This document shows, one piece after another, positions 39,959 to 51,348 of a stretch of DNA of 64,000 nucleotides (positions within the stretch are counted from its first letter, which is position 1; each line of letters starts with the position of its first letter). The DNA is from Perna viridis. Its lineage: Eukaryota. The stretch is taken from positions 23,357,171 through 23,421,170 of the forward strand of contig CM074511.1 in assembly GCA_037379345.1 (NCBI GenBank), given 5' to 3'. Both the position numbers and the translations under genes were made by a program. The notes below the pieces were generated by a model. It worked only from the letters and a program-made list of their open reading frames with translations. It searched no databases and had not been told where the DNA came from.

Positions 39959-40686
39959 CTTTGATTCTAATAGGACTAGTTTCTTCATATTTTTTGATAC
40001 AGACAGGCAGCCCATGTGTTGCACGAAAATTTTGGTCATGTGTTTATCACTTTTTTTACCATGGCAGGGGTCTAAAGAGCTTTGAAACATGCCATGTTAG
40101 AACTGTACTTTTACCATGACAGTTTTCATAATAAAATGCCTGTACTCTTTGGAAAACAAATACTTGTTCATTTATGCAAATACTCGTTTGATATGTCACA
40201 ATATCCTAACATGTAATTGGCATATTATGTCAATGTGGTTGATCATGTTCTCATCTTCTATCTCCGTTTATTGAGTATTGGATGAATTGCATCCTGTATT
40301 TTAAAGTTGCGTTTCAAAGAACAATTTCCTACTATATTCTTACTTCATAAAAGGGTTATTGCTCCAACTCCATAAAAAGACCTCATAAATGCAAGTGGGA
40401 AAAGTCTGAAGCAGCAAAGTTAATGGTGCAATCAAGTTATCGGCTTTAATTTTGCGTTCCAAATAATCATTGGTGTAATTAATTACAAGCACTTTCATAA
40501 ATCACCGTTATAAAGAGCAGGAAATGGCCACTTTAAAACATGGAAAGAAAATGTGCATTTTGCGTGATAAAGATAAGAAATGAAAGATGATCCATTTTCA
40601 TGAAAAATATAAACCCTTCCATTCTTAAGGTTTCACTTACAAATGATCAACACCTTTTATTACGAGCAGGATAAAAGTGTTTTACA

Positions 40687-40862
40687 AAAGTAATCAAGGG
40701 AACCAAGGTTATAATGGTAATCAAAAGAATGTAATCCAGGGACAAAGATCAGACGTGGAAAACAGACATACACAACAAAGAACATGAAAGAAACTAAAAT
40801 CATACATACATAGTAACAAAAGCAAATGAGCAACTCCACTAAAAACTGGGAGCATGCACCTG
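40687..40862 (-). mobile_element. 3' end of the Penelope-like element family
   Basis: AAAGTAATCAAGGGAACCAAGG...CCACTAAAAACTGGGAGCATG. Confidence 0.85.
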
Positions 40863-41130
40863 AAGCCATATTATATTTGTATTGTTAATGGTACAAGAAA
40901 AACATATATTTTACTTTCCTTTTTAACTTATAAGCTTACCTTTTTTTTCATTTTAAAATTGTATGCGCTACACATTTTATTCTATATGTGACATCGAAGC
41001 CCATGACATTTTTTTTTTAATTTCAAGTAACTTTAAACCGTTAAAGACTTGTCACAGAATACAATTTCTGGAACTTGATGCGTCAACATTTAGCATATAT
41101 CTTTTTTCCTTTTCCCTGTTAAATACTGTT

Positions 41131-41137
41131 AATAATA

Positions 41138-41185
<48 letters not shown>
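41131..41185. repeat. (AAT)n microsatellite
   Basis: About 18 units with one interruption. Confidence 0.95.
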
Positions 41186-41187
<2 letters not shown>

Positions 41188-43757
41188 GTATAACAGTTAA
41201 CACTTTAAAATACATTGTGTATAAGAATTACTATGCAAATGTACTAAGATTCTGCCACAGATCCTCAGTCTAAACGCTTTTTACTTATTGATATAACCTT
41301 ACATTTAACATACCATGATTTGTTTGGATTTCTTGATTTATGCATATGTTACCAGCACAGTCAGATTATATTAGTAAGAAAATTTAATGAAAACCACACA
41401 ATAAATCAAGGATTTGTCAAATGATGACCTTGGATATAATTTTCTATTTCATAAATCAGCAACAAGACGCAGTGTTGTAACTAATACATTCTTTATTTTT
41501 ATATATTAAAAAATAACGACATAGCAAAAATAATAATAATAATAACGCAATATATCGATGTTGGAGTTCATAAATGTTTGTCATTAAATGGCAGAAACTA
41601 GTTATAAATTTCAATATATAGAGCCGAAAATTTCTTTCTTAAAGCTTTGAAGAATATTTCAGTACGTTTTTAGCGTTAAGTCACTTTGAAATACATATAT
41701 TCTTTAAATTCGTAAGAAAAACATAAAAGCGTTTTAATAAAGTCCATTTCTCCACCTGCCTTAAATCTATTGCATCCTTTGATGTTTCAAACCTAATTTA
41801 TAAAAACAACTGGTTGATACATCTGTGCTATATGCCACTATGCAGACAGGATGGTTAATTAATGGAAGGAAAATCCAATATTGATTCATGTAATGTTCGG
41901 TGGAGAATACCAAGAAGAATAACTTCTCGATAAATGTAAAATGGGCTATATCTTTTGAATTTGAAGTGAAACGTAAATTCAGATAATATTGCAAATACAA
42001 TGTAAATTTTATTTGTAAACCATAAAGCTTTTAAAGAATAGCCGGACGTATAGACCGCATTTTTTTTCGTCATAATTTTAGAAGAATCAAATTCGCTTAT
42101 GCGGAACTCGAAACAAGCAATTGGCCTGAAACCTCAATCATGCTGATCATAGTAGGTTTTGTCTGTACATTTATAAATAGTCCCCTATAGGATGTATATT
42201 AAAAACCCTTTTTCCTTCAAAACTTGCATTACCCCCGGATTAATGGTTACATACTACAATAAATACACAATGTTATGGCGATTGTTTCTCTCTCGCCAGA
42301 CTATATGTGTATTAAATAAAATTCCGATTAAATGCATTAGAGACTGAATAAAACTTGATCCGAATGAAAAAGTCAATATGATTTTCATTTGATCCCAATA
42401 AATCTGATATTTATTGCATGGGAACCGTCTATTTACAACGTAATTATCCTGGTGATAATTAAATCACGAAAACTTTACATAAAATACATAATCTGATTGG
42501 GAAACAATCCATTTCAGACAAGTCTATTATGGGAACTCGCTTGAGATGCTTCATCAGAACTCTATGGACCAAAACTTTTATAAAACGTTGAAGATAAATC
42601 CTACTGATTAAATACATCGTCGTGATTTAAGATGACGTGTAAATGAAAAGAAATGGAAAGATTGTTGAAACTGTTCCGAGGTTCTTAAATGCCTTTTTTT
42701 AATTCTCAGAAAATCTATTTCCTCACGTCAGGAAACAAGAGAACATCGATCAGTCCAAGACAATATGTAACTACTCATAGGAGATTAAATCGAACGCCTC
42801 TTCTTTTCTTGGCATTGATTAGCCTTCATAGTGGTCTAGGTTTTTTATTCCGTATTATGGCGTCCTATTGTAAATGGCGTCTAAAATTTATCCACCAACT
42901 TCCGGTTGCAGGAAGGTAAGACATGTCATACTTGTGTCACTATTGTCATTAAGTGTAATACCTCCAATGAATACTTGACTCAGTATCAATACATACCTAT
43001 AGAAATGCATCAAGAATGTCTAATTGATTCACGATTTACTTGTATGAGAAATCTAGAGCATGCATAAAAAATGGCATATCTCTTCTTAAACTACCTGTTC
43101 TTTTATTTTAATTGTTACATCAAAATTGAACGTAATGACAACTTCGAAACATACTACTGGTTTAACGGTAAATCCAGACTTCAACGCAATCAATTTTTTT
43201 TAAGTTTAGTGATGAATTTCCAATGATAGGAACAATAAAAAAAAACAAATTAAACTGAAGGTTCTTATAATATGCTCCTACGTCCTTTATGAGACTGAAT
43301 ATTAGATTAAAATCGATATTTGAGAAAGGAACTGTTATAAAATATGAGAACATTAACAAATTATTGTTGAATATTTGAATCCGACCACAAACAATTTATT
43401 GTTCATGTTTAATTAGGACAATAAATTGGTGGTATGGGTACGAATTGGTATATATTTTTTTCGTATATATTTAACCTGTACTGTGGCTAATTCAGTTAAA
43501 CCTTTTGGTCCCGTCTTGCTTTAATTTTGCTACATGACTGTCAATTAAGAAATACAATGGTTCCACAATGTCGCGCTTATTATTTACTGCGCGATAGTTC
43601 TTGGCATCAAAAGAAATTATTTCAAATTAAAAAGCTTTTCGTAATTAATGATGATTAATAGAACATAGGAAAGTTTGCGATACGCACAAATTTATCTTGT
43701 ACAAAATTAATTTTAAGGCTATATTTTATTGTTTGTCGATGTATGATTTAAACTTAA

Positions 43758-43840
43758 TAACGAGAATTGATATAGTAAATATGTCAAAGAGACAACAACC
43801 TCCACTGGGTTGAAAATGTCAGCAGAGGGCCACCAATATG
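43758..43840. repeat. Fragment of another interspersed repeat
   Basis: AATATGTCAAAGAGAC core shared with 2003-2040. Confidence 0.4.
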
Positions 43841-44902
43841 TGCGTTTCATATAATTAGTGTCTGAAATAGAGGTTAGTCCTATTCATATTTATAGAGTTT
43901 TTTTTTATTTTCACTGAACTAAATATAAAATTAAATTCTGCTATAATCATCATAAAGTTTATTGTCGTCGCCGTGTTAACGGACCTATCTGTCCGACGAT
44001 TAGTGTTATTTCAACTTGAAGAACGGCGTCCATCCGTCATAGGCATGCGTCATCCTTTATCGGAGTGCACCTAGGCTCGGCGAGCGTATTGCAAGGATCA
44101 ATGCTTCTTCAACACTCTAGATCACCTGAGTTCATTTCTTATTTTAAGTTTGGTTTGATTTTGTCTATTTCTGTATGTATTTTTCAGTTTCTGTGTGAGA
44201 TGAGACTTGTTATTTGTACATTATTTTTTAATGTTCCCGCCTTCAACTTGCCCAATAATTTCATTTCACCTCATTTAAACCGTTTGGTTTTCTTGTTACT
44301 TTTATTCAGATAAAACATAAAATGTAAACCTATAAATTTCATTTCTACATTTGTACTGACATCTTTTTTCTAAGATCGCTTTTAGAACATTTTTATTACA
44401 ATACGTTATGTTTGTTAATTAAATTGACATCGGATCGATTGGAGGGAAACCAAAATTAGATTCCTTCAAACAAACATTGTCTGGCATATCAATTAGGTTA
44501 TTGTTATCCAATTTAACTGTTTGTGTAAAAGTGAAATGTTCCTTTATTTTATAGCATACAAAAAACAGTAATGTCGAGAAAAAATAGAATTCCTATATAT
44601 TATCATTTCCCATGATAGCAGTAGGGAATTGGTAATGAGGTACGCAAAACATTACAAGCCTATATCATGGTTTGACATGAAACCATGTTTTGGTCAAAGT
44701 GGATTTAATTGGTTATTATTCGATTGTTTTCTTGGTATGCTATCTCTTAGGGTTAGTGTGTACGACCATGTGTTATGTGTAAGTTATTAGATAGTTCAGA
44801 ATAGATGATGATCTCTATTCTATGGAAAAATAGTTTAAACTGCTAGAGTAGATAAGATTACTGAATGCCTTAGTTCAATAATTAGCAAGTGCGTACAAAA
44901 GT

Positions 44903-44917
44903 GTGTTACTTTAATTA
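44903..44917 (+). promoter_or_regulatory. Conserved upstream motif GTGTTACWTTAATTA of paralog B
   Basis: Identical 15-mer to the one upstream of A, at an equivalent distance. Confidence 0.6.
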
Positions 44918-44998
44918 TCAAGATGGTAGTGGAGGTTATAGTTTTATTGTATGTTTGTTTATAGAATTTGATGGTTACAGCTGTGATGTGAGGGTGGT

Positions 44999-45041
44999 AT
45001 GGTGTCATCGTGGACCATGGTAGTGTGGGAATGCCAAATCA
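44999..45041 (+). CDS. Paralog B coding exon 1
   Basis: In-frame ATGs at 44999 and 45017; phase-1 donor A|GTAAGT. Confidence 0.75.
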
Positions 45042-48000
45042 GTAAGTACATTTTAATTGCTATTCTCTATGCTGTTATATTGATTCTATTCTGTGTAGTT
45101 ATCAAATTTTCATGAGTTCTTTAACCTGGCACATTGTTGACGCTCTTGTTCAATGCGTAATCAATAATGCAACATATATGTCACAATAATTTATTATAAA
45201 GTGCTGCATGTTCCATTGCAGTTTATAAATTAAATGTTGTTAATGATGTAATTGAATAATGCTACTTATAGTAGAATGTGTCGCATCAACAAAGGTGTAT
45301 TTTAGAACCCTGGCATATGTGGCTCTTTTTGGTGATCCAAAATTGTCATTGTTTTTATCTTGTTTTTTTTTTTCTGCTACAGTCCGGTACGCTACCGGGC
45401 TATCTCTGGGGAAGCTTCCCGACTGAAGCTGCAGTCTAACAGCAATAACAGTTTGTGTCAATTAACTGTAGTTATGAGTGTATAAAATATTGTACTTGTG
45501 CTACTCTTATTCTTATGAAAAGTTCTAAATGATAAAGTAACAACAATGATGTTATTATTAGGTGCCAATTTTATAGACTTTGAATATGCGAAGATTTTCG
45601 TTGTCAAATTGATCAAATTGATTCCGATATGCTTAAATATGCATACTGAATTCTGTAATCGAAAATCAAACGATCAGATAAGACTGAATTAACAGAATCA
45701 TACATTGTATCGCTAGAATGAAAAACACCTGTTCATTCGAATTTTGGTTCGTCTTTTTGATAACTTTTTAGCTACTCTACAACCTGCTGTGATGCATAGG
45801 TTCTTCGAGAGTTATATTTATATTGTTTGTGAAATTGTCCCCGTTTTAGTAAACTATTTTTCCGAATGATTTATTTGAATTTGTTTTCATTTTCAATAAT
45901 AAATGCTTAGTTTTAATTGTTGGTCAATAAGAGAATCGGAAAGTACCATGATAGATGGTCTCAAAACACGGATAATAGTTGAAATAGAGATACCAGCTGT
46001 CAGAAATGAGGTATTATTACCGTCATCTGAGATAAACATGAAATTTCTTCTTGTTGTAGTTAGCTATCCATCAACGCGACAAAAAGTTATTATAAACAAT
46101 AGGGAAACCAAGTAAAGCTAATTACAGAGCCAGTTCGTTTTTTTCATTTCCTCCTGAATAGTTGTTTAGACTTAAGTTTGTTAATAGCATTTTCTACTCA
46201 GATGTAAACGTCTTGGAAAGACGAAACAAGAGTCAAAGAGATTCAACCAGCAAAACGTGTAGCACTCCCCGTTTTTAATCTAGTTTTAACCTTGTACTTT
46301 TCTATACATCTTTGAAGAAAATCAAATCCCACATTCTTTCGTTGAAGTAATCTTTTCGAAGATATTGAATCTGTTTCAATATCCCATTTGAAGCATAGAA
46401 AAGTGCTGTAAAAACACTTAAAATAAACACCTTTTGATCTTAAAACACTTCTAAAACATACGCAGCGTTTCTAATCTTCAGAGAATATTTGGCTATATTC
46501 GATTGATTAGAATTGCTTAAGTGATTACCTTCCCTGATTTATTCTTTTCTTGTGCATATGTTATGACTATCATTTTTACATAAGATCCTGAAATCACAAG
46601 TTACTATGTTGCACATTGTTTGTAATTACTGATCATGGCTGTTTCGGTACAAGAGGTTTGTTTGTTTTTGGTACTTAGCTGTTCCAAGCAATTGGCGCTG
46701 AAATATACGCCAGTCATTATCAAATTCCCAGAGAGTGTATTTTCATCTTGTTAGCGCTAAGTCCGAACGTATAAAATTCGATTAAAGCATTAGAAATTAA
46801 GTATAAGATATAACTATTGGTAAAGCTATAAACCACTTAAGCTCTGTATGGCATTTGTGTTGTATGTATAACAAAGGTTTTAATTATCATGAATTTCATA
46901 AAAGACCAAGGTAAGAAGACAATTACCGCTGTTCTTTCAGTTCTGTAAACAGGTAGAATCCTATACCATTTTGAACATATCCTAAGTTGTTTTTTGTGAA
47001 GTGACAGGTTACGCTATATTAACTGTTGTTGAACAGTACGAAATGACATATGTGCATTATAGACTGAATACAGTGTGATTATGCCTCATTCCATTTTATT
47101 TGTTAACGGATGTCAACAACAACAAATTCATTCTATTGATAAAAACAGATGTCCTTATCTGTACTACCTTCTGTAGCAATAAAGAAAAGGATTTGCAGTC
47201 TATGAATGTTCATGGTGGATGAAAATGAAAATAAAACATCGTGAAATTACACAATCAAATTGTAATGAATTTAACATGCAAAGCATTTTATCTAATTGAA
47301 GTTCAGATAATAAAAGAAACATGCGAATTTTATCAGTCTGTAGATTTCTGTCAGAAACGGTGATTGATTCCACCTGGAATTTTCAATCTGTTCTCCATAA
47401 TTAAATTAATTACTGCACTTTTTAGAAACCCGTAATCTTTTTAGGCAATACCGGAGATTGTGCTTCGTGATAGAAAAGTTTCTATCATCAAATTATACTA
47501 TCCAGGGTGTTACCTTATTCACGTCTTGCAAGCAATTTCCGATCAAATTCACTTTCATAAACTTCTTCATTTTTTCCTCAGTATTCAAACTGCCAGTTCT
47601 TGACTAAATTTAGATTTCATTTAAGAATTGGCAATAATAAAAATTTTGTCTATTGAAAAATAACATAAATTTATTATCGCCAATTGTTATAATTTAATTT
47701 TAAAACATAGTTTTATCTATAAACATCAGAAAAGTAGCTCTCAATTTAACTGAATAGGAGCGTGCCAATATTTTTTATCCATTGAGATATAACAAAATTG
47801 TTTTAAACAATCAGATTACAGTTTTTACCTCAAATTAATTTATTTAGTTTAGTTGTTGCTGCTGATTTTGTTTGTTTTTTGTTTGTTTGTTTGTTTGTTT
47901 TCTTTCTTCAAGAATATATTTTACAGCGAGTAATATACTCAACTTCAGAATATGTAGTTGGTATTTCTATTCCAAGTTTGATAAATAATTAACATTTCTT

Positions 48001-51000
48001 TGTTAATTGCCCAGTTGACTACCAAAGGAATTCATCAAGTGATTATTCCTTAAAGTTATTACTTGCTGTTATAGCTGATTTTCGTTTAAAAGATATCTTT
48101 TAAAAGATTTATATAAACTATTCGTAACCTGTAATAAAAAATTCTGTTTCGGAAAATCAATTGTTTTTCATAAACATATTGGTTGTTGTTTCACAAGTGT
48201 ATATTTGGATTAAACACTGATATATAAATAAATGCTGTTAACAAAAATATTTTGTCATAGATATAACCATGATGGTCTTACTTTGGTTAATCAACCTGAC
48301 CTGCTCCGGCCATACATGCCCAAAGAACTTACTGAGTGAGGTATTTAGTTGTTTAAAGAATTTGACACACGGAAGCAACCAGAGCGCACTTCTATCAGAT
48401 GTAGATGCCGAGTTGATGCGGAAAAACTGTCGGTAAGTTAAACAGTTAATATATTTATATAGTATGGAAAATATTATGGGGAGGGATAGACTTTTTTAAA
48501 ATGCAATTTTAAATTAGATTTGAAAACATGTGTATCATAATTCGTATGTTACATTTCATATCAATATTAATTAAATCTGTCTTTTTAATATTTTGAATTG
48601 CGGATTTATTAAAGTTTTCATACATGTTGTACATTTTGTTCAACGCTTGTTTGCCCATTTTGACATACGAAATTAACATAAACTTGAAATATACATGTTA
48701 CAAAAGAAAACGTATTATGAATGAAAATATAGCATTCCTGAACATTTTCCATTGATTGATTTACATTTATGCAGCACTGGTGCATTCAGTGACAGCGTAC
48801 AATGTCTTGAAAGATTATATAAACATTGCGATAGCCCGGAAGCCAAGGAATGGCTTTATAAGCTGGCAAGACCAAGACGTTGGCAATCTGGATTTGACCG
48901 ATTTTGTGAACATGTGAAATGTAAGTTATATAAAAAAAAAGAAAGACTGTAGGTTTTTCATGTCATTTCAAAACATCTCATTATATTTGTAAAAAAAAAC
49001 GGGTTTTACCCATTAACAGAAAAAAATGGTTAGCACAAAATCATAGATGGCATTTCGCTAAAAATAACCGTGTTTAGTAGCAGAATGGCTTTTAAACGTT
49101 GTAAGAACATTGTAATATTAAATTATGATGTCATTAATCTTTCAATTGAAGCTCAATTGAGCTCTACCAGAACGTGAAAAAGATGTTCTCAGTAGGAAAT
49201 ATTGACCTCTTTACTTCAACTTATAATTATCTAGTCAAATATGTACCATTTAATTCCCAATCATGTAACTTAGAACACCCATCCCAAATAAGGATTATGT
49301 TGTCCTGTACATTAGCGAATTAATTGGCAATTATTTCTAGCTTATCGGAAAATCTAAACTTGTTCCAATTATCACAAAAACATTTATTTTCAGTATATAC
49401 TAACCAAAACCGTTGTATTCAGGAGCAAAACATGCAAATAGAAGAATGTGTCAACAAAAATAAGGAACAATTTGAAAACTCCAATAGATATATTTATCAT
49501 ACGAAAGAAGGGTATCAAGTAGATGAAAATGTTGTCAGATCAACATGCAGGTAAATATGTCGTCTGATCAAACCGTCGTCAGATCTACATGCAGGTAAAT
49601 ATGTCGTCTGATCTACTTGTCGTCCGATCTACATGCGGGTAAATATGTCGTTTGATCTACTTGTCGTCCGATCTACATGCAGAAAAAATATGTCGTTTAA
49701 TCTACATGTCGTCCGATCTACATGCAGGTAAATATGTCCTCTGATCTATATGTCTTCAGATTTACAATAGTTAAATATGACTGACGTGAGATTTGTACTG
49801 CTCAAAGTCAAAAGACGTTTAGATAAAGTACTTGCATATTTAATAAGACATTGAAGCAGCATAAAATTATTCTATTTTACCTGATTAGTTCGTTGAATTG
49901 AGAATGCGAATAAAATTGAAATAAAAAATGAATAGAAGTAAACATTCAAAAAACGGAATAGACAACGACAAAACATATATGCAGACAGACGTCCAGTTAT
50001 GAGCCAATCATCTTGAATCAGCTACTTTTTGTGATCATTCAGTAAAATATTACCATCGAAGTCAGATCCATTTACTACATAAAGGACGGATAATATATAC
50101 CAGATGAAAAATAATACATGTTGTGAAGAGGCTAAATTAAGCCTGAATGAAAAATAATAAATATGTGAACAACAGCCACTTTTAAAAGGTAAAAGGGAAC
50201 TAAATACAAATAAAATGCATTGCAATACAGAAAGTGAGGCCCAAATGGGCGGCCTTACGGCCTTCGTCAGGGGCAAAAATTCTAAAAGTGAAAACTCAGT
50301 CTGAGTCGACAGTGTGTCTGTGTCAGTCTTCACTTTTAGAATTTTTTACCCCTGACGAAGGCCGTAAGACTGAATATTTGAGCTTCACTTACTTAACAAA
50401 GTCGAAAACAGAGAATCTAAATATTTTTTTCTGTACGAATATTATTACTCGTTCGATTAGATGAATAAACTAGAGCGTAAATTTCAAGATATATTCTAGA
50501 ATTTACATGAACTAAGATCGCAAAAATTCTGCGAAGGACGATAACATTAAAAAATACAAAAATACCAATCGTATATATTGCAAATTTCGATATGCTGTTC
50601 TCGTGTTCCAAGGAGTAACCTCTCATCAGAAGCACTAGAATCAAATACATAGGAAGATATAAATTCAAAACTTTATTGTGTACAAAAAGTACTCAAAACC
50701 AAAACTACCAAAATAGAAAGCTTAATCCATAACCGAAGGGTTCTAATATGTGCAACGCAAGGAATGAAGCCTTAGTGTTTTAGGTATTTTGAAATTTGTA
50801 ATCATCAAATATTTCGGTGCAATGAAATATTTTTTCTTGACAGTAATTAGTTAAACACAGCTAATTATCAAGTACTGTATATTTTAAAGGGTTTTCCTAG
50901 CAAAAGTATACAGCGAAACTTGGTAAATAAAAGGTGATTGGTTTTAGTTTTATCGTTTTGAAATAGCTGATGCTCAAAAAGCTACAAGCATTTCGACAAT

Positions 51001-51348
51001 CATGGGAGTTGTGTAGGGAACAACATGTAAAAATGGCAATAACGCATAATTGACAATATAAACACCAATATCATTTGTACAAATGTATCCAAATTTAAGT
51101 ATTAGTGAAGTAATTCAATTCCAAATTTCATTTACAGTGTATTTCATTGGACTGAAAAATGTTTGAGTGGACCTTTAAGAACTTCATGTGGCCGTGAAGT
51201 TGGAGCAGTTTTGGCAGACTTTCAAGGAGGAATAACTCCGCCTATGTGTAAAAATTATACTTCATCGGCTCTGTCGTATCATACGCAGAAATATGGAGTG
51301 ATGACATTGACTATTTTGATATATTTATTTAACCTGTGTCAGCGATGA
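44999..51348 (+). CDS. Paralog B: uncharacterised cysteine-rich, probably GPI-anchored glycoprotein, 242 aa (236 aa from ATG 45017), 5 coding exons
   Basis: Exons 44999-45041, 48261-48432, 48775-48920, 49394-49550, 51138-51348; GT-AG, phases 1,2,1,2. MVSSWTMVVWECQINITMMVLLWLINLTCSGHTCPKNLLSEVFSCLKNLTHGSNQSALLSDVDAELMRKNCRTGAFSDSVQCLERLYKHCDSPEAKEWLYKLARPRRWQSGFDRFCEHVKLYTNQNRCIQEQNMQIEECVNKNKEQFENSNRYIYHTKEGYQVDENVVRSTCSVFHWTEKCLSGPLRTSCGREVGAVLADFQGGITPPMCKNYTSSALSYHTQKYGVMTLTILIYLFNLCQR. Confidence 0.9.
47924..48068. mobile_element. TA-flanked hairpin MITE family, copy 5 (internally deleted, intron 1 of B)
   Basis: TA|CAGCGAGTAATATACTCAACTTCAG ... TTATTACTTGCTG. Confidence 0.7.
48261..48432 (+). 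CDS. Paralog B coding exon 2
   Basis: TAG| ... CG|GTAAGT; 172 nt. Confidence 0.92.
48775..48920 (+). CDS. Paralog B coding exon 3
   Basis: CAG| ... T|GTAAGT; 146 nt. Confidence 0.92.
49394..49550 (+). CDS. Paralog B coding exon 4
   Basis: CAG| ... AG|GTAAAT; 157 nt. Confidence 0.92.
49531..49781 (+). repeat. 44-bp tandem repeat spanning the exon 4/intron 4 junction of paralog B, about 5.5 copies
   Basis: Unit GTCGTCMGATCTACATGCAGGTAAATATGTCGTCTGATCTACTT, built from a 16+16+12 substructure. Confidence 0.95.
50232..50390. mobile_element. Inverted repeat carrying two degenerate minimal hammerhead ribozyme motifs (Penelope pLTR-like remnant)
   Basis: Arms 50254-50296 and 50325-50368 are near-perfect reverse complements; each reads outward CCCCTGACGAAGGCCGTAAG. 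Confidence 0.65.
51138..51348 (+). CDS. Paralog B coding exon 5
   Basis: TTTACAG| acceptor; TGA at 51346-51348. Confidence 0.92.

Noticed and set aside
40963-41193. ORF with a poly-Ile membrane segment
   Set aside because: Translation of the (AAT)n microsatellite.
21500-44800. A fourth paralog or pseudogene in the A-B gap or the first 16 kb
   Set aside because: I saw no RWQSGFDRFC- or SCGxEVGA-like coding remnants on either strand by eye; a tBLASTn would be decisive.
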